Source: an uncultured Elusimicrobia bacterium
GTDB lineage: Bacteria > Elusimicrobiota > Endomicrobiia > DTEH01
DNA: 64,000 nucleotides
Assembly (NCBI GenBank): GCA_964508565.1
Contig: CAZDUB010000005.1
Span: 9,756 to 73,755, forward strand
Direction: 5' to 3'
Both the position numbers and the translations under genes were made by a program. This document shows positions 60,989 through 64,000 of the stretch, one piece after another; the first letter of the stretch is position 1; each line of letters opens with the position of its first letter. A model generated the notes under the pieces. It saw nothing but the letters and a program-made list of their open reading frames with translations. It did no database searches and was not told the DNA's origin.

Positions 60989-63040
60989 ATGAATAAAGTA
61001 TATTTTTTATTGTGTATCCATAATCATCAACCTGTAGGAAATTTTGAGTATGTGATTGAAGAAGCATATATCAAAGCATACAAACCATTTATTGAAACTT
61101 TAAAGAAATATCCTAATATAAAATTTTCTTTACATTGTTCAGGAATTCTTTGGGATTATTTTGTAGAAAAACATCAAGAGTATATTGAAATTGTAAAGGA
61201 TATGGTTTCAAAAGGCCAAGTTGAAATAATATCTGGTGGCTACTACGAGCCGATCTTGAGCTCAATTCCACAGAAAGATCGTATAGGGCAAATTAAAATG
61301 ATGAACGAGTTTATATATAATACATTTGGTGTCATACCACAAGGACTTTGGTTAACTGAACGAGTATGGGAACAAAGTATAGTAAAGGATATTGTGGATG
61401 CTGGTATTAAATATACTTTAGTAGATGATTATGTATTTTATGTTGCTGGTATCAACAGAAAAGAAAATCCAGAACTTACAGATTATTACTTGACAGAAGA
61501 AGAAGGAAGGATACTTTATGTTTTTCCAATATCTCAAACTTTAAGATATTATATACCTTTTAGAGAAGTAAAAGATGTTATAGAAATATTTTCTAAATTT
61601 AGGCAAGGTCCAGACAATAGTTATCAATCTCTGACAATGGGAGATGATGGGGAGAAATTTGGAATCTGGCCTAAGACATATGAACATGTATATAAAAATG
61701 GTTGGCTTGAAAGATTTTTAAATGAACTACAAAACAATCAGGATTGGTTGTTCACAGCCACTATGTCAGAATATTTAAAACTAAAACCACCAAAAGGAAG
61801 AATATATCTACCCACAGCTTCATATTTTGAAATGGGTGAGTGGTGTTTGCCTACCTCAACACAAGAGATGTTTGAATATGTTATAAAGTCCTTTGATAAT
61901 ATTCAGAATAAAGAATATATACAACAGTTTATCCACGGTGGATATTGGAAAAATTTCTTAACCAAGTATCCTGAATCAAATAATATGCATAAAAAGATGC
62001 TTTATGTATCTAAACTTTTAGAGAAAAAAAATTCAGAGCTAAAAAAAACTTTTTATAAAGCCCAATGTAATTGTGCCTACTGGCATGGAGTTTTTGGTGG
62101 GCTGTATTTACCTCATCTAAGAGAAGCAATTTATGAAAACTTAATAGAAGTTGAGAAAAAAGTTAACAAAAAAAATATTTATACAGAGGATTTTGACAAA
62201 GATGGCACAGAAGAAATAAATATTAATTCTGATAAATTCGGCGTTTATATAAAACCTTCTTATGGTGGAAGTGTTTATGAAATAGACCTAAAAGATTACA
62301 ATAAAAACTTATTGAATGTCATATCTCGTAAAAAAGAATCTTATCACAACAGATTAATTGAATTTGAAAACAATAATCCTACACTTAATCCAGAAGAAGT
62401 TAAAACGATCCATGACATTGTTTTGACAAAAGAAGCTAATTTAAGCAAGAAAATTTATTATGATTGGCATTTAAGATATAGTTTTATGGACCATTTCTTA
62501 CATAATGAAACTAAATTTGAAGATTTTTACAAATCGAAATATGGAGAACAAGGTGATTTCACTATAGAACCTTATGAAATAACAAGCATAGACAAAAAAT
62601 CTTCAGAAGTCTCGTTAGTAAGAAATGGACACATTTGGATAAACGAAAATAGATATCCAATTAAAATTGAAAAAAAATATAAAGTTGACGATTTAAACTC
62701 TTCCATAATATGTTCATATAAAATAATAAATAACTCAAGTTTTGACTTGGAATTATGGTTTCTATCAGAATTAAATTTTTTAGTATTTACTTCACAACAA
62801 GATTTATACAAAGAAGTAGAAAAAGATATATATGAAATATACGATGAGGTAAAAAAATTTAGTGTTAAAATTTGTATACCAAACAAGACTTTATTTTGGA
62901 GTTATCCTATAGAGACAATTTCTTTATCAGAGTCAGGTTTTGAGAGAGTATATCAGGGGTTATGTATAGGAATAAATTTTAAATTTTTATTAAAATCTAA
63001 TAGTGAATATAAAACTTATATAAATTTAAAAATAGTATGA
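60989..63040 (+). CDS. Glycoside hydrolase family 57 enzyme (4-alpha-glucanotransferase / alpha-amylase type)
   Basis: 683 aa. All five GH57 conserved regions are visible: HNHQPVGNF; GQVEIISGGYYEPIL; WLTERVWE (nucleophile Glu); GDDGEKFG (acid/base Asp); AQCNCAYWHGVFGGLYLPHLR. A long C-terminal beta-rich domain resembles the ~660-aa archaeal 4-alpha-glucanotransferases. Confidence 0.9.
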   Translation: MNKVYFLLCIHNHQPVGNFEYVIEEAYIKAYKPFIETLKKYPNIKFSLHCSGILWDYFVEKHQEYIEIVKDMVSKGQVEIISGGYYEPILSSIPQKDRIGQIKMMNEFIYNTFGVIPQGLWLTERVWEQSIVKDIVDAGIKYTLVDDYVFYVAGINRKENPELTDYYLTEEEGRILYVFPISQTLRYYIPFREVKDVIEIFSKFRQGPDNSYQSLTMGDDGEKFGIWPKTYEHVYKNGWLERFLNELQNNQDWLFTATMSEYLKLKPPKGRIYLPTASYFEMGEWCLPTSTQEMFEYVIKSFDNIQNKEYIQQFIHGGYWKNFLTKYPESNNMHKKMLYVSKLLEKKNSELKKTFYKAQCNCAYWHGVFGGLYLPHLREAIYENLIEVEKKVNKKNIYTEDFDKDGTEEININSDKFGVYIKPSYGGSVYEIDLKDYNKNLLNVISRKKESYHNRLIEFENNNPTLNPEEVKTIHDIVLTKEANLSKKIYYDWHLRYSFMDHFLHNETKFEDFYKSKYGEQGDFTIEPYEITSIDKKSSEVSLVRNGHIWINENRYPIKIEKKYKVDDLNSSIICSYKIINNSSFDLELWFLSELNFLVFTSQQDLYKEVEKDIYEIYDEVKKFSVKICIPNKTLFWSYPIETISLSESGFERVYQGLCIGINFKFLLKSNSEYKTYINLKIV

Positions 63041-63654
63041 TACTTAGTTTACATTTTTTATTTATATCGCTAATAGCAAGTTTGATACATCTTGATGTCT
63101 TAGTATTTGGTGAATTCATGTTTCATAGACCTATAGTTGTAGGACCTATTATAGGTTTCTTATCAGGAGATCCTAATAGTGGAATTTTAATAGGTTTAAT
63201 CTTTGAATTGTTTTATTTATCATTTTCAGCCATAGGTGTTGAAATTCCGCCTGATGCTACATCTTCTACTGTATTTGCAGTTGTTGTTTATAAGTTTATA
63301 AGCAAATGTATGCCTATATCTATAGTTTTTGGTTTAATAGTAGGAATATTATACAAGTATATGGATATATATACCCGTTCTATCAACTCTATGCTACTTA
63401 GTTGGGTAGATACGGCTAAAAATGAGTTTTTAATAAGAAGGATAAACTTATTAGTAGTTTATGGATTATTTACAACATATTTCAAAACACTGCTTTTTTA
63501 TCTACTCACTTTTCCTTTGTTAGGTTATGTAGTTTTTAAATTATGCGAATTCGGTAGCAACACAAACCTTATTCCTAATAATCCAGAATTTTTTCACATT
63601 TTACCTTCTATTGGAATAGGAATAGGGTTGAGTTCTTTTATAAATAAAAAATAA
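63037..63654 (+). CDS. PTS mannose/sorbose-family EIIC component (short)
   Basis: 205 aa and polytopic. The N-terminal pattern fits ManY/AgaC-type IIC (HLDVLVFGEFMFHRPIVVGPIIGFLSGDPNSGILIGLIFELFYL). It overlaps the GH57 stop (ATGA). Confidence 0.65.
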   Translation: MILSLHFLFISLIASLIHLDVLVFGEFMFHRPIVVGPIIGFLSGDPNSGILIGLIFELFYLSFSAIGVEIPPDATSSTVFAVVVYKFISKCMPISIVFGLIVGILYKYMDIYTRSINSMLLSWVDTAKNEFLIRRINLLVVYGLFTTYFKTLLFYLLTFPLLGYVVFKLCEFGSNTNLIPNNPEFFHILPSIGIGIGLSSFINKK

Positions 63655-63659
63655 AATAT

Positions 63660-64000
63660 ATGAGTAGATTTATAGCTATTTTCTTTCATTCTCTGTTTTT
63701 ACAGAGTTTATGGAATTATGATAGAATGCAAAACATTGGTTTTGTTTTTAGTATTATCCCTTGGTTAAAATTTTTGTATAAGAATAATATAGAAAAAATA
63801 TACGACAGAATAAAAGCACATCTTGGTTTTTTTAATACACATCCGTATCTTGCAAGCATTTTAATAGGTATTACAATGAAGTTAGAAGAAGAATATGCTC
63901 AAGAGAAAATAAGTTCAGATGAAATTATAAGGACTAAAACAATGCTTGCAGGACCTATTGCTGCTATAGGCGATAGATTAATATGGTCAACATGGAGAAT
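63660..64000 (+). CDS. PTS mannose/sorbose-family EIID component, 3'-partial (runs off the window)
   Basis: This ORF is not in the ORF track because no stop is reached. ATG at 63660 translates to MSRFIAIFFHSLFLQSLWNYDRMQNIGFVFSIIPWLKFLY...HLGFFNTHPYLASILIGITMKLEEE...MLAGPIAAIGDRLIWSTWR. This matches IID landmarks (FNTHP, GP.AaiGD..fW). Confidence 0.65.
   Translation, partial: MSRFIAIFFHSLFLQSLWNYDRMQNIGFVFSIIPWLKFLYKNNIEKIYDRIKAHLGFFNTHPYLASILIGITMKLEEEYAQEKISSDEIIRTKTMLAGPIAAIGDRLIWSTWR

Noticed and set aside
45730-64000. An alternative genetic code (for example TGA as a sense codon), suspected because of the low GC and candidate-phylum flavour
   Set aside because: TGA, TAA and TAG all terminate well-supported genes at the expected lengths (TGA for dnaJ, ymdB, yvcK and GH57). 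The standard code 11 fits all genes.

Overview
The window is a gene-dense stretch of an AT-rich bacterial genome in which every supported gene is on the plus strand. The organism is diderm, since KDO, lipid A and Lpt genes are present, and it is probably an uncultivated lineage; the phylum cannot be fixed from sequence alone. About 71% of the window (nt 2-45508) is one uninterrupted reading frame of 15,168 sense codons that is still open at the 5' window edge. It encodes a giant modular surface or secreted protein with no catalytic motif visible by eye. Read N- to C-terminus, it has seven zones. (A) About 62 Trp-rich Ig-like modules of ~125 aa, with the motifs ISGTA.D..SG and D.AGN. (B) 32 modules of a second ~125-aa family, with the motif KL.v.lPGE..PG...GK.GTP..QTAG..F.VTV.A.D.YWN...SDPYD.EP...L.NG. 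(C) About 7 divergent Ig-like modules. (D) 8 larger modules, each with an EF-hand or dockerin-like D.NGNG.fD loop; three of them carry an inserted E..Y...RG..GT.A.H..GS.V element, and a fourth copy lies downstream. (E) About 9 tandem D.DGDG-type Ca-binding loops. (F) One FN3 domain. (G) A FlgD-Ig or T9SS-type C-terminal domain. Multi-module blocks recur at offsets of ~3.7-4.1 kb, which suggests the gene grew by segmental duplication. This giant gene is the main candidate for a novel system; I interpret it as a very long Ca-stabilised surface fibre or adhesin. Downstream (45.7-64.0 kb) lie 23 tightly packed, often overlapping housekeeping genes. In order: secreted cyclophilin, dnaJ, rsmE, a MiaB/MtaB-family methylthiotransferase, acyl-CoA dehydrogenase, ymdB, xseA, a small Zn-ribbon membrane protein, kdsD, kdsC, an LpxL-family acyltransferase, lptC, lptA, lptB, hpf, ptsN, rapZ, yvcK, and a split mannose-family PTS (IIA, IIB, IIC, IID) interrupted by a GH57 alpha-glucan enzyme. 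I found no rRNA, tRNA, CRISPR array, transposase or integrase. All coordinates of protein sub-regions are read by eye and are accurate to about +/-30 nt.
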